From contig CBFGKH010000002.1 in the NCBI GenBank assembly GCA_965649295.1, positions 160,001 to 224,000 on the forward strand: DNA of 64,000 bases. The letters are read 5' to 3'. The position numbers and the translations under genes are program-made. Source of the stretch: a candidate division WOR-3 bacterium (GTDB lineage Bacteria > Hydrothermota > Tepidihabitantia > Tepidihabitantales > Tepidihabitantaceae). The notes under the pieces are model-generated. The model made no database searches. It had not been told where the DNA came from and worked only from the letters and a program-made list of their open reading frames with translations. Positions 28,080 through 37,235 of this stretch are shown piece by piece (the stretch's first letter is position 1; each line of letters begins with the position of its first letter).

Positions 28080-28905
28080 GATGTCTTTCTGGCGAGATGC
28101 GAAGTTTGAGCCGGACACGAGTGACCCGACCGGCAAGCGCGGTCGCTGGTCAGGCTGGTTTCGGCAGGAGAATGTTGATGCGAGCCGACTGGCGGCGGGT
28201 GTGATTCGGGCCCGGGTCGAGGGAAGCTGGCGTGAGTTTCGGGTGGTTGAGCTGCCGCCGGAGTTTCGGGAGTGGAACTTCGGTCGCAGGCTGGAACAAC
28301 TGGCGGTAATCAAGCAGCTAGCGTCTGACCCTAAGGCGATGGTTAGACCGGAAGTGGCCGGTCCGCATAATGCGATTGTGGCCAGCCATGGTCTGCGGCG
28401 CAAGGATTCGGAGTTCACTATCAACAACGCGGTCAAAGGGACTGGCTGGCTCCCGAGGCCCGAACACCTCCCGGCAATGATTGCCCGGCTGCGTGAGACC
28501 CAGGATGCGCCGATGCCGGCTAAGCTTGCCCTGCTCGAAAGTCTGTACAGCCAGGAAACCGACCGGCTCGACTTTACGAAACAGGCATCACTCGAGCTCT
28601 ACTCAACACCGGGATTTGAGACGCACACCTTTCTCAACCAGATGGCTGACCCCGGCGTGGCGGTTGTCTTTCTGGACTTGCCCAAGTCCTATGAGCTGCG
28701 TTGCATCGCCCAGATGCTCCATCCGGCTGACCCCGGGCTGACTGAGTATGAGCGACAGGTGGTTGAGTACGTCAATCTCATTCACGACTATTTCCACGGC
28801 AAGTCGCCTCGTCAGTCAATCGCTGTCATCTACCACGTCGTCCAGGTGTTTGACAACTCGCCGGGCAAGATGCGGGGACAGCGGGTGGTACCGCCACTGC
28901 CCTAG
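27988..28905 (+). CDS. Lipoprotein with putative PNPOx-like FMN-binding split-barrel region
   Basis: Lipobox VAGC after GTG with RBS ggagg; HTFLN..P...SYELR...HDYFH...VFDNS. Confidence 0.5.
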   Translation: MRVVMTVLAVLLVAGCRQAPRMQLTNLEHSEMSFWRDAKFEPDTSDPTGKRGRWSGWFRQENVDASRLAAGVIRARVEGSWREFRVVELPPEFREWNFGRRLEQLAVIKQLASDPKAMVRPEVAGPHNAIVASHGLRRKDSEFTINNAVKGTGWLPRPEHLPAMIARLRETQDAPMPAKLALLESLYSQETDRLDFTKQASLELYSTPGFETHTFLNQMADPGVAVVFLDLPKSYELRCIAQMLHPADPGLTEYERQVVEYVNLIHDYFHGKSPRQSIAVIYHVVQVFDNSPGKMRGQRVVPPLP

Positions 28906-28943
28906 GCGGGTTGACAGCCGCTGCGGCAGGACTATCTTTGGGC

Positions 28944-29549
28944 GTGGCTGAAGGAACTCAGCTTCAGGTAGCGCCAATCGCGCTACCGGTGCCGGACGAC
29001 GAGCTCGTCCGGCGCGTGCAGGCCGGCAACAGTGAGGCGTTTGAGGAGCTGGTCCGGCGCTACGAGCGGAAGATTTACAACGTCACCTTCCGACTGCTCG
29101 GCAATGAGCAGGATGCGAGCGAGGCGCTGCAGGATACCTTCCTGCGGGCCTATCGGTTTATCCACAAGTTCCAGTTCAAGTCGGCATTCTTCACCTGGCT
29201 GTATCGCATCGCCACCAACGTGAGTCTAAGCAAATTGCGGAAGCGGGAGAAGATCGAGACGGTCTCGATTGACGGGCCGACTGGTGAACCGGGCGAGACC
29301 GCCTTCGACATCCCGGACCCGAAGTATGCACCAGAGCGAATGATGCGCGAGCGGGAGCTGCGCAGTGCTCTCAATGCAGCAGTTGAGGCGCTGCCGGCTG
29401 ACTACCGCTCGGTGGTGGTATTGCGTGACCTGGAAGGTCTGAGCAACGAAGAAGTGAGCAAGGTTCTCAACCTGTCGGTAGCGGCAGTCAAGTCGCGCTT
29501 ACATCGCGGCCGCTTGATTCTGCGGAACAAGCTGGCCAAGTATGTGTGA
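28944..29549 (+). CDS. ECF RNA polymerase sigma factor
   Basis: AFEELVRRY, DASEALQDTFLRAY, FFTWLYRIA, LRDLEGLS, VKSRLHRGR. Confidence 0.93.
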   Translation: MAEGTQLQVAPIALPVPDDELVRRVQAGNSEAFEELVRRYERKIYNVTFRLLGNEQDASEALQDTFLRAYRFIHKFQFKSAFFTWLYRIATNVSLSKLRKREKIETVSIDGPTGEPGETAFDIPDPKYAPERMMRERELRSALNAAVEALPADYRSVVVLRDLEGLSNEEVSKVLNLSVAAVKSRLHRGRLILRNKLAKYV

Positions 29550-29558
29550 GGAGTGGTC

Positions 29559-29846
29559 ATGCACGGTGACGACATTCGGAACGATGCCTGTAGTGAGTGC
29601 GAGGAGTTGCTGGAGCTGCTGAACGGTTTTCTTGATGGCGAGCTTGATGATGAGCTGCGGCACGAACTGATGCTGCACGCGCAGAGTTGCCATCACTGCG
29701 CCCGACTGCTCTACAGTCTGCGCCGGCTGGTTGCTCACTGCCGGACCGAGCCTAGCTGTGATATGCCGGCCACGGTCAGACAGCAACTCTGGCTGGCGAT
29801 TCGGCGTGAGATTCATCTTGGGCCTGGTGACCAGGCTGAGGCCTAA
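29559..29846 (+). CDS. Zinc-binding anti-sigma factor (ZAS/zf-HC2)
   Basis: C..LL..FLDGEL...HAQSCHHC; follows the ECF sigma. Confidence 0.85.
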   Translation: MHGDDIRNDACSECEELLELLNGFLDGELDDELRHELMLHAQSCHHCARLLYSLRRLVAHCRTEPSCDMPATVRQQLWLAIRREIHLGPGDQAEA

Positions 29847-29867
29847 GCGCCGACAAGACGAGTGATG

Positions 29868-29891
29868 GCGGCCCGGCAGGTGCCGGGCCGC
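29868..29891 (+). terminator. Stem-loop after the anti-sigma gene
   Basis: GCGGCCCGGCA-GG-TGCCGGGCCGC. Confidence 0.5.
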
Positions 29892-29936
29892 ACCCTTCTG
29901 AGTTGACCGGCGGAAGTGACCAGTTATTCTCAGGCG

Positions 29937-31016
29937 ATGCGCGTCCTTGTGGCGATGAGCGGCGGTGTTGATTCGGCGGTGGCAGCAGCACTGCTGCTCG
30001 AACAGGGCTGGACAGTGGTTGGGGTAACGATGCTGCTGTTCGACGATGACCGGGACCGTGGCGGCGGCCGGAGTTGTTGTGGCAGCGCGGCTGCGCGCGA
30101 CGCAGCCCGGGTGGCGGCAAGGCTGGGATTTCCCCACTATGTTTGGGACCTGCGCGCGGAGTTTGAGGCGGCAGTGGTGGCCGACTTTGTCAACGAATAT
30201 GCGCGCGGCCGAACACCCAATCCGTGTATCCGCTGTAACGAGCGGGTGAAGTTCCGCTTCCTGCTCGAACGGGCAGCGGGGCTCGGGGTCGCGGCGGTGG
30301 CAACCGGACACCACGCGCAGGTGCGTTGCGACCCCAAGACGGGCGAGTGGCAGTTACTGCGAGGAGCAGACCGGCAGAAAGACCAGTCCTACTTTCTCTA
30401 TTCGCTCACCCAGCAGCAGCTCGGTCGGGTAATCCTGCCGATTGGCACCATGCAGAAGGACGAGGTGCGGGCCCGGGCGCGAAAGCTGGGCCTAGCAGTT
30501 GCCGAAAAGCCGGAAAGCCAAGATATCTGCTTTGTGCCGGACGGTGACTATGCCAGGCTGCTGCGGGCGCGCCAGCCAGAACTGTTCCGGCCTGGGCCGG
30601 TGCTGGATAGTGCTGGCAAGGTGCTTGGCACTCATTGCGGCGCGGCTGGGTTCACAGTTGGGCAGCGCAAGGGGTTGGGGCTGGCGTTTGGCGAGCGGCG
30701 TTATGTTGTGAGGATTGATGCGGCGAAGAATGCTGTTGTCCTGGGCAGTGAGCGTGAAGCGCAGCAACGTGTTGTGCTCGCAAGTGGCGTGAACTGGATT
30801 TCCGGCCGGGTTCCGTCCGAACCGGTGCGGGTCCATGCTAGTGTCCGGTATGGGAGCAAGGGCGGCAGTGCGCTCGTTTGGCCCATCGCTCCGGACCGAG
30901 CCGAAGTCCGGTTCGACGAACCGCAGTGGGCACCGACGCCGGGCCAAGCAGTGGTGTTCTGGGACGGCGAGCAGGTGCTGGGCGGCGGGACGATTGAGCA
31001 GGCGAGCCGGGAGTAG
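29937..31016 (+). CDS. mnmA: tRNA 2-thiouridylase
   Basis: [42 protein letters not shown]. Confidence 0.96.
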   Translation: MRVLVAMSGGVDSAVAAALLLEQGWTVVGVTMLLFDDDRDRGGGRSCCGSAAARDAARVAARLGFPHYVWDLRAEFEAAVVADFVNEYARGRTPNPCIRCNERVKFRFLLERAAGLGVAAVATGHHAQVRCDPKTGEWQLLRGADRQKDQSYFLYSLTQQQLGRVILPIGTMQKDEVRARARKLGLAVAEKPESQDICFVPDGDYARLLRARQPELFRPGPVLDSAGKVLGTHCGAAGFTVGQRKGLGLAFGERRYVVRIDAAKNAVVLGSEREAQQRVVLASGVNWISGRVPSEPVRVHASVRYGSKGGSALVWPIAPDRAEVRFDEPQWAPTPGQAVVFWDGEQVLGGGTIEQASRE

Positions 31017-31128
31017 GCCGCGCCCGCGAACCCTGAAGCAAGAGTGGAGAAGGCAGGGGGACAGGGAATGAGGAAGGAACGAGGCCGGTATATGGCAGCA
31101 GGCTAGATTGCATTCCAGCTAAGGAGGA

Positions 31129-32703
31129 ATGGTGATTTCTTTACTACTGGCACTGACCGCGATGACCGTTAGTTCGCGGGTTGATTCGGTGGTGGTCTAT
31201 CCTTATCAGGTGCAGGTTACTAGGACCGCAAGCGTCACGGTGAGCGGCCCGGGTGAGATTGTCCTGCCGGGCCTGCCCGGAGCACTGGTTGACAACACCG
31301 TGCGCATCAAGGCCACCGGCTTGCGCATCGGTGAGGTGCAGGTGAAGCAGGGCTATCTCGCTGAGCCGACGCCGGAAGTGAAGCGGCTCGAACTGCGGGT
31401 GCGGCAGCTTGAGGACGAGCTCAAGGGGCTGGACAATGAGGCGGCAGTGCTGCGGGCGCGGGAGGATTTCCTCAATTCGGTCAAGCTTGGCGCACCAGAG
31501 CTGATAGCCAAGGACCTGGGCCAGGGCCGGATTGCGGTCGAGTCATGGCGAGCTGCCCTCAACTTTGTCGGCGATGAGCTGGGCCGGGTCAAGGCGCGAG
31601 GCATCACCCTCGGCCGTGAGCGCGAGGAGAAACAGCGGCTGCTCGAAGCAGCTCGGCAGGAGTATGCGGCAGCACGGGCAGCGGTCGAGAGCCGCAAGCA
31701 GGTTGTGTTTGACTATGACGGTGCAGCGGGAACGTATCGAATTGAAGTCGCCTATGCGGTGGCGGGGGCGGCAAGCTGGTCACCATACTACGAGCTGCGG
31801 GCCAGACCGGGTGACGGCAAGGTTGAGGTGAGCTACTTTGCCCGGCTGGAGCAGCGGTCAGGCGAGGACTGGGAAGGGGTGAAGGTCGTGCTTTCGACGA
31901 CAACACCGGTGGCAGGAATGGTCGCGCCGGAACCAGTGCCGTGGTTTGTCTCGCTGGCGAGTGATGAGGCTTATGATCGGCGGCTCAAGCGGCCGTTGCC
32001 AGCGCCAGCCGCGAAGGCGGAAAGTTTCGATGGGGCGATGGCAGTCGGCCTGATGCAGGAAGAGATACGAACCGTCGAGACCGGCATCTCGCTGCAGTAT
32101 GTGATACCGGGCCGCGTCAGCTTGAAGAGCGGCGAGGCAGCAAAGAAGCTACCTTTGACCACGGTCAGTCTGCCAGCCGAGTATGAATACCTGGCTGTGC
32201 CGCGGATGCGCGAGCAGGCTTTCCTGACCGGCCAACTGGCCAACACCAGCGACTTTGTGTTCATGGCTGGGCAGGCTAACACCTATGTCGGTGATGAGTA
32301 CACTGGCTCAACCTGGATTGGCACGGTTGCGCCGCAGGAGTCAGTTCGACTGAGCTTTGGCACCGACGATCGAGTCAAGGTAAAGCGCGAGCTAGTCAAG
32401 AGCTTCAAGTCCAAAGGCGGGCTGTTCAGCAAGACCGAGAAACTGAGCTATGTGTATAAGACCACGGTCGAGAACTACCAGCCCAAGCCAATCACCATCA
32501 GCATCATCGAGCAGGTTCCAATTTCGCAGCAGGGCGAGGTGAAGGTGAGCGTGACCAAGGTCGAGCCGAAGCCCTACGAGGAGAGAAAGGACATCGGCGG
32601 CTATGTCTGGAAGCCGACGCTGGAGACGCGCGGCAAGTTCACAATCAACCTTGAGTTCGCGGTCGAATACCCGGCTGGCCGGCGGGTTGACGGGCTCTAC
32701 TAG
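31129..32703 (+). CDS. MuiA-family (DUF4140/DUF4139) protein
   Basis: VDSVVVY..VTR, coiled coil, ASWSPYYELR, QRSGEDW..V..VLST, FGTDD. Confidence 0.85.
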   Translation: MVISLLLALTAMTVSSRVDSVVVYPYQVQVTRTASVTVSGPGEIVLPGLPGALVDNTVRIKATGLRIGEVQVKQGYLAEPTPEVKRLELRVRQLEDELKGLDNEAAVLRAREDFLNSVKLGAPELIAKDLGQGRIAVESWRAALNFVGDELGRVKARGITLGREREEKQRLLEAARQEYAAARAAVESRKQVVFDYDGAAGTYRIEVAYAVAGAASWSPYYELRARPGDGKVEVSYFARLEQRSGEDWEGVKVVLSTTTPVAGMVAPEPVPWFVSLASDEAYDRRLKRPLPAPAAKAESFDGAMAVGLMQEEIRTVETGISLQYVIPGRVSLKSGEAAKKLPLTTVSLPAEYEYLAVPRMREQAFLTGQLANTSDFVFMAGQANTYVGDEYTGSTWIGTVAPQESVRLSFGTDDRVKVKRELVKSFKSKGGLFSKTEKLSYVYKTTVENYQPKPITISIIEQVPISQQGEVKVSVTKVEPKPYEERKDIGGYVWKPTLETRGKFTINLEFAVEYPAGRRVDGLY

Positions 32704-32721
32704 TCTTTAGCAGCCAACATT

Positions 32722-32757
32722 GCAGGGCAGGCCACAAGCCTGCCCTGCCGCTTTCTC
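32722..32757 (+). terminator. Intrinsic terminator
   Basis: GCAGGGCAGGC-N5-GCCTGCCCTGC then CGCTTTCTC. Confidence 0.65.
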
Positions 32758-32915
32758 CTGCGGCTGAACCCGGGCTACCGGGCGGTCCGGTTGAGGCCGC
32801 GGGTAGTCCGTTTCGCTATAACCACCTGAACGGTAGTGGCGCATGTTTCGCCAGCGATTTTACTTGGGCTTTGCACCCTTTTTAGGGTGCAAGGCCAGTT
32901 CAGATGGTTTGGGGC

Positions 32916-33252
32916 TAACGCTTGCTTCTGCAAGCTGATAGCTAACTTCTCCGCAAATACCCTCCCCTGTCCCGGGGATGGCTATCGGCGTTCTTAGTAA
33001 GGGTGTCTTCCGCACTGCGTGTGGAGTTCTGTCCGATTCTCTTAGCGATTGTGTCTTGGGCGGAGCGATGGGGCGAACCTGCTATTGAGCCTCTGGTTGA
33101 GCAACCGGCTGACCTTTCTAGGTTCTTCTCGATGGTCTGCCTGGTTATCTCATCGAATGACTAGTCAGAGCAGCCATTGGAGGGCTCTGGGGAGGAACGG
33201 CTGGACTTCTTGTCCAGGTAGCTGTCAGATGTGTCACTGTTGCCATGGTCCA
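32916..33252 (+). repeat. 12-bp phased array element, copy B
   Basis: Leader closely matching copy A, CCCGGG at 32971-32976, 23 units with Y at position 6. Confidence 0.85.
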
Positions 33253-33497
33253 AATGGGTTTGGACGGTCGAGGTGAACTACGAAGACAACAGGCACAATG
33301 ATGTCAGAATCCAGGATGCGGGTATCGGCTGGCAGAATGGAGCGGGTTCGGCGACATGAGTTCTGGTATCGGCAATCTGCTATCCTTTGTGTCTCAGTAA
33401 CCGTGGTGGTGAATCCAGGACCGGGCCGAATCGGCGTCAGTGGTGCCGGGCGTGCGGGCCGGTGGAAAGATGGCGTGGTCTGCGCTATTCTCTGGCG

Positions 33498-34796
33498 ATG
33501 TTGACGGTGACGGTGATTGGCGCTGGATTGGCCGGCTGCGAGGCGGCGTTGCAGGCGCGCAGACTGGGCGTGGCGGTGCGGCTTATCGAGATGCGGCCCG
33601 GGCGGATGACCGAAGCGCACGAGACCGGCAACGTCGCGGAGCTGGTCTGCTCGAACTCGCTCAAGTCTGATGAGCCGGGTAATGCGCACGGGCTGCTGAA
33701 GGCTGAATTGCGGCGGCTCGGTTCGAAGCTCTTGGCCAGCGCTGAGCAGGCACGGATTCCGGGTGGCAAGGCACTGGTGGTTGACCGGCAGCGGTTCTCG
33801 GCTGCGGTGCAGGCTGAGCTTGATGCGGCAGGTGTGGAGGTCGAGCGGGCTGAGATCGAGGAGTTGCCAGCCGGCGACGGCGTCACGGTCGTTGCAACCG
33901 GGCCGCTGACTTCGGCAGGGCTGGCAGCCACGCTGGGCCGGGTGCTTGGGGCAGAGCATCTGTTCTTCTATGATGCGATTGCACCGGTGGTGCTGGCTGA
34001 GTCGCTGGACCCGAGTGTCGTGTTTTCGGCGTCCCGCTATGGGGCTGGTAGTGATTATCTCAACTGCCCGCTCGATGAGGCTGAGTATGACCGATTCATT
34101 GATGCGTTGCTCACGGCTGAACTGCATCCGTTGCACGATTTCGAGGCCGGTCATTTCTTTGAGGGCTGTTTGCCGATTGAGGAGATGGCGCGTCGCGGCC
34201 GGCTGGTGCCGGCTTTTGGACCGATGAAACCGGTTGGGCTTTGTGACCCGCGCACAGGCCGGCGGCCGTTTGCGGTGGTGCAGCTTCGGCGCGAGAACAC
34301 CGAAGGTACGATGTATAACCTGGTTGGGTTCCAGACCAGATTGCGCCACTCAGAGCAGGAGCGAGTCTTTCGGCTGATTCCAGGTCTGGGCCAGGCCCGG
34401 TTCTGCCGATTTGGTTCGATGCATCGTAACACTTTCCTTGACGCGCCGAAGTGTCTGCGGCCGACATTGCAGACCAGGGTTAGCGAACAGCTACTCGTGG
34501 CCGGGCAACTGACCGGGGTTGAGGGTTATGTTGAGTCAATCGGGGCTGGGCTGGTGGCAGGATTGAACGCAGCGCGGATTGTGCGGGAGGAGGAGCCGCT
34601 GACATTGCCGGCCGAGATGATGCTGGGCGGACTCCTTTCTTACATCACCACCCCGAATCCTGGTTTCCAGCCGATGAATGCGAACTTTGGCCTGCTGCCC
34701 GCGGTTCGGGCACGAGGCCGGGAGCGGAGGTTGGTTCAGGTCGAGCAGGCGCTTGCTGCGGCCAGTCGGTTTGCCGAGCAGTTCGGGATTGCCTGA
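33498..34796 (+). CDS. trmFO: FAD/folate-dependent tRNA m5U54 methyltransferase
   Basis: VIGAGLAGCEAA, ELVCSNSL, FFYDAIAP, FGPMKPVGL, GSMHRNTF, GVEGYVES, FQPMNANFG. Confidence 0.96.
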   Translation: MLTVTVIGAGLAGCEAALQARRLGVAVRLIEMRPGRMTEAHETGNVAELVCSNSLKSDEPGNAHGLLKAELRRLGSKLLASAEQARIPGGKALVVDRQRFSAAVQAELDAAGVEVERAEIEELPAGDGVTVVATGPLTSAGLAATLGRVLGAEHLFFYDAIAPVVLAESLDPSVVFSASRYGAGSDYLNCPLDEAEYDRFIDALLTAELHPLHDFEAGHFFEGCLPIEEMARRGRLVPAFGPMKPVGLCDPRTGRRPFAVVQLRRENTEGTMYNLVGFQTRLRHSEQERVFRLIPGLGQARFCRFGSMHRNTFLDAPKCLRPTLQTRVSEQLLVAGQLTGVEGYVESIGAGLVAGLNAARIVREEEPLTLPAEMMLGGLLSYITTPNPGFQPMNANFGLLPAVRARGRERRLVQVEQALAAASRFAEQFGIA

Positions 34797-34802
34797 AAAA
34801 GG

Positions 34803-34836
34803 ACTGCCGGGCCACAACAGTGTGCGGCCCGGCAGT
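34803..34836. terminator. Hairpin between convergent genes
   Basis: ACTGCCGGGCC-N12-GGCCCGGCAGT. Confidence 0.6.
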
Positions 34837-34850
34837 AGTAGCGCGAGATG

Positions 34851-36773
34851 CTAGTGGGTCAGAATCAGTTTGGCCTCGGTCTGCTTACCGGCGGAGTTAG
34901 CACGGCAGAAGTAGATGCCAGGCGAGACCAACTGGCCGTGGTCGTCTCGGCCATCCCAGATTGCTGTTCCGGGTTCGAGCTGGCGAATCTGGCGACCGAT
35001 TGCATCACAGATGGTGAAGCCGGTGGGATTAGTAGTTGCAAGCCTGACGGTCTGACCGATGCGGCCAGGATTGGGCCAAGCCTGAATCCGGGCCCGCTGC
35101 GGCTGAGCCGGTATTTCGGCAATCCAGGTGAGCGGATCGTCGGTCACGTATTTGATTGCCCGGCCCGGAGCAAGACGGGCTGCGCCACGATGGTAGGTTC
35201 CGTCAAAGAGGCACTGGATGGCAATCGTGGCGGTCGGGTCCTGGATGCCGACTGTGGCTGAGCCGTAGCCGTTGGTGGTCAGGTATTGGGCGATGAGGAC
35301 GTTGTCGCCGGTAGTAGTGTGGACCGTGGTGTCGTAGATGATGAGCTGGAAGGTCTCCCAGGTGGTGCGCGATGCATAGGTGGGGATGCTGTCGTATTCG
35401 ATAATCAGCCGGTGGTTTTCCGGTTCATGGCGATACCAGATACCGCGGCCTTCAGGCGGATAGAGGTCGTCCCAGTTGAGACAGACCATTGGTGGCATAC
35501 CGGCTGCCGGTAGTGCGGCATTGGTGTAGGTGGCGATGCTGGTACTGCCCGGAGCGACAAAACCGTTGCTGCAGATTGAGAACTGGGTGTAGGTCTGACC
35601 GTAGTAACGCCAGACAAAGCCGGCTGGCAATGGGAAAGTCAGGGTCTGGTCGTCGCCCAAGATGACCTGGGTGCTTGGCATGCCGGCAATCTCAACCCAA
35701 CTGAACTGGGGATGGTTGGGATAGAGCGTGTCACATTCGTCGTAGGCCCAGTAGCGGGGCGGCTGGCGCGGGCCGTCAGGAATCGGGTCCTGAGCGCGGA
35801 TTTCGCCAACCACGACGCGCAGCGTGATGGTATCGTTCCAGGTGCCGGAGATGAGGAGCTGAAGCTCGGCGCTGTGCTCCAGCGGGCAGTTCGGCGCCGC
35901 GGCTAGGCGGAAGGGGGTCGCGGCGTTGTTGCGGGTTGAATCGGGCAGGATGGCAGGATAGGTACAGGTCGAGTCGAGTACGCTGACAAACGGGTCACTC
36001 GTGCGCAGCCGAGCATTGACGACTGTTGCCGGCTGGGTGCCGACATTGCGCAGGCCGATAATATAGCTGGCAGTCTCGCCCGGGTCGAGCTTGCGGTCGT
36101 TGTTGCCGCCGGGCGGCGGGTCGTAGATTGTTCGCTCGCTACAGACGAGATACGGGCCGCTAGCAGTTGAGACTAGGGAGATGTCGTCGGCGAAGACCTT
36201 CGCCGTCGGCGTCCCTCAGCCGGAGTAGGTGTAGCTGTAGAGCGCTACCTCAATCTGGGCGATGTCGCCGGGATTGACGCCCGGCAGGTTCTGGCTGACC
36301 TCGTCAACGACGTTGAGGGTGTAGCGCTGCCAGGCCGGATTGGTGATGCGGTAGAGACTGAGGGTTGGGCTCGGCACCCAGTTGGCATAGGTGGAATAGT
36401 AGTACCGGGTCTCGCCGAGCAGGTTTGAGGCTAGGTCGTAGTAGCAGACGCTGAAACAGGCTGCCGGCCAGCAGGTCGAGACCCCGCCGCTTTCGGCAAA
36501 ACTGGCCCAGAACTCAAGCTGAACAAGCGGACCAGGAACCATTACGGTTTGGCCCAGGCGTGCCCAGCCCGGGTTGTCGTATTGTCGGGTCATCGCCTCG
36601 TAGTCTGGGTCAGGGTGATAGGTGGTCGAGCGGTCGGCTGAGGGCGTGCCAGTGCCGCCGTAGGTGAATGTCCAACCGACCGTCAGCGGTTGTTCAAAGT
36701 CGCCATTGGTCAGCAGATTCTGACCGCCGGCAACCGCCAATAGTAGCGGTAGGAGTAGAATAGTCTTCTGCAA
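34851..36773 (-). CDS. Secreted multidomain protein with in-frame UGA (candidate selenoprotein, 640 aa)
   Basis: ORFs 36216-36773 and 34851-35813 are one frame separated only by TGA at 36216-36218; the 134 intervening codons are open; signal peptide, RBS aaggagg, FlgD/T9SS-like tail. Confidence 0.75.
36177..36218 (-). promoter_or_regulatory. Bacterial SECIS-like element
   Basis: UGA-GGGACGCCGA-CGGCGAA-GGUC-UUCGCCG; apical loop begins at nt 18 after UGA. Confidence 0.7.
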
Positions 36774-36860
36774 GGTGCCTCCTTTTTGGCTGAGTAGATT
36801 CTCGCCTGAATCGGCAATCTAGTCAAGCATCCGAGTGCGACGGGCTTTGGCTGGCCTCCG

Positions 36861-37226
36861 TCAGTCTGGTGCTCGCTTTTCTGGCTGGCGGGCGTCGCGA
36901 ATCATCTCCTCGACACGCTCCTGCTGCGGTTTCTCTTCGGCAATCCGCTGGACATGCTCGAACTCAGCAGCGACCATTGCCCCAAACTCTTCAATCTCGG
37001 CCAGGCAGCGCTTGCCCGACCGGTGGGCAAAACCGCGCAGCGACTCGAGCAGTGATTCGTAACCGCGGTCAGAGGTGTAGCGGGAAAGGACATAGCGGGC
37101 AACAAAGGCACCACAGGCCGCGCACTTGACATAGACACAGGTGTCCTGGCCGGTGCGGACATAGACCAGGTTGGTCATCTGGGTGCCGTGGCAGCGGGGG
37201 CAGCATTCAGCCTTGGCCTTTTCCAT
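36861..37226 (-). CDS. Hypothetical zinc-ribbon protein
   Basis: CPRC...CAAC; RBS aggag; co-oriented behind the SLC13 transporter. Confidence 0.65.
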   Translation of the reverse strand: MEKAKAECCPRCHGTQMTNLVYVRTGQDTCVYVKCAACGAFVARYVLSRYTSDRGYESLLESLRGFAHRSGKRCLAEIEEFGAMVAAEFEHVQRIAEEKPQQERVEEMIRDARQPEKRAPD

Positions 37227-37235
37227 AATTGTCTC

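Noticed and set aside
31093..31112. Sigma54 promoter before the MuiA-family gene (TGGCA...TTGCA)
   Set aside because: GG to GC spacing is 14, not 10
32977..33276. Arrays as tetrapeptide-repeat protein genes (ORFs 3830-4156, 33049-33276, 63267-63629)
   Set aside because: The anchor-defined frame has stops in copies A and B, and no tested frame is open in all three copies; kept only as an alternative origin
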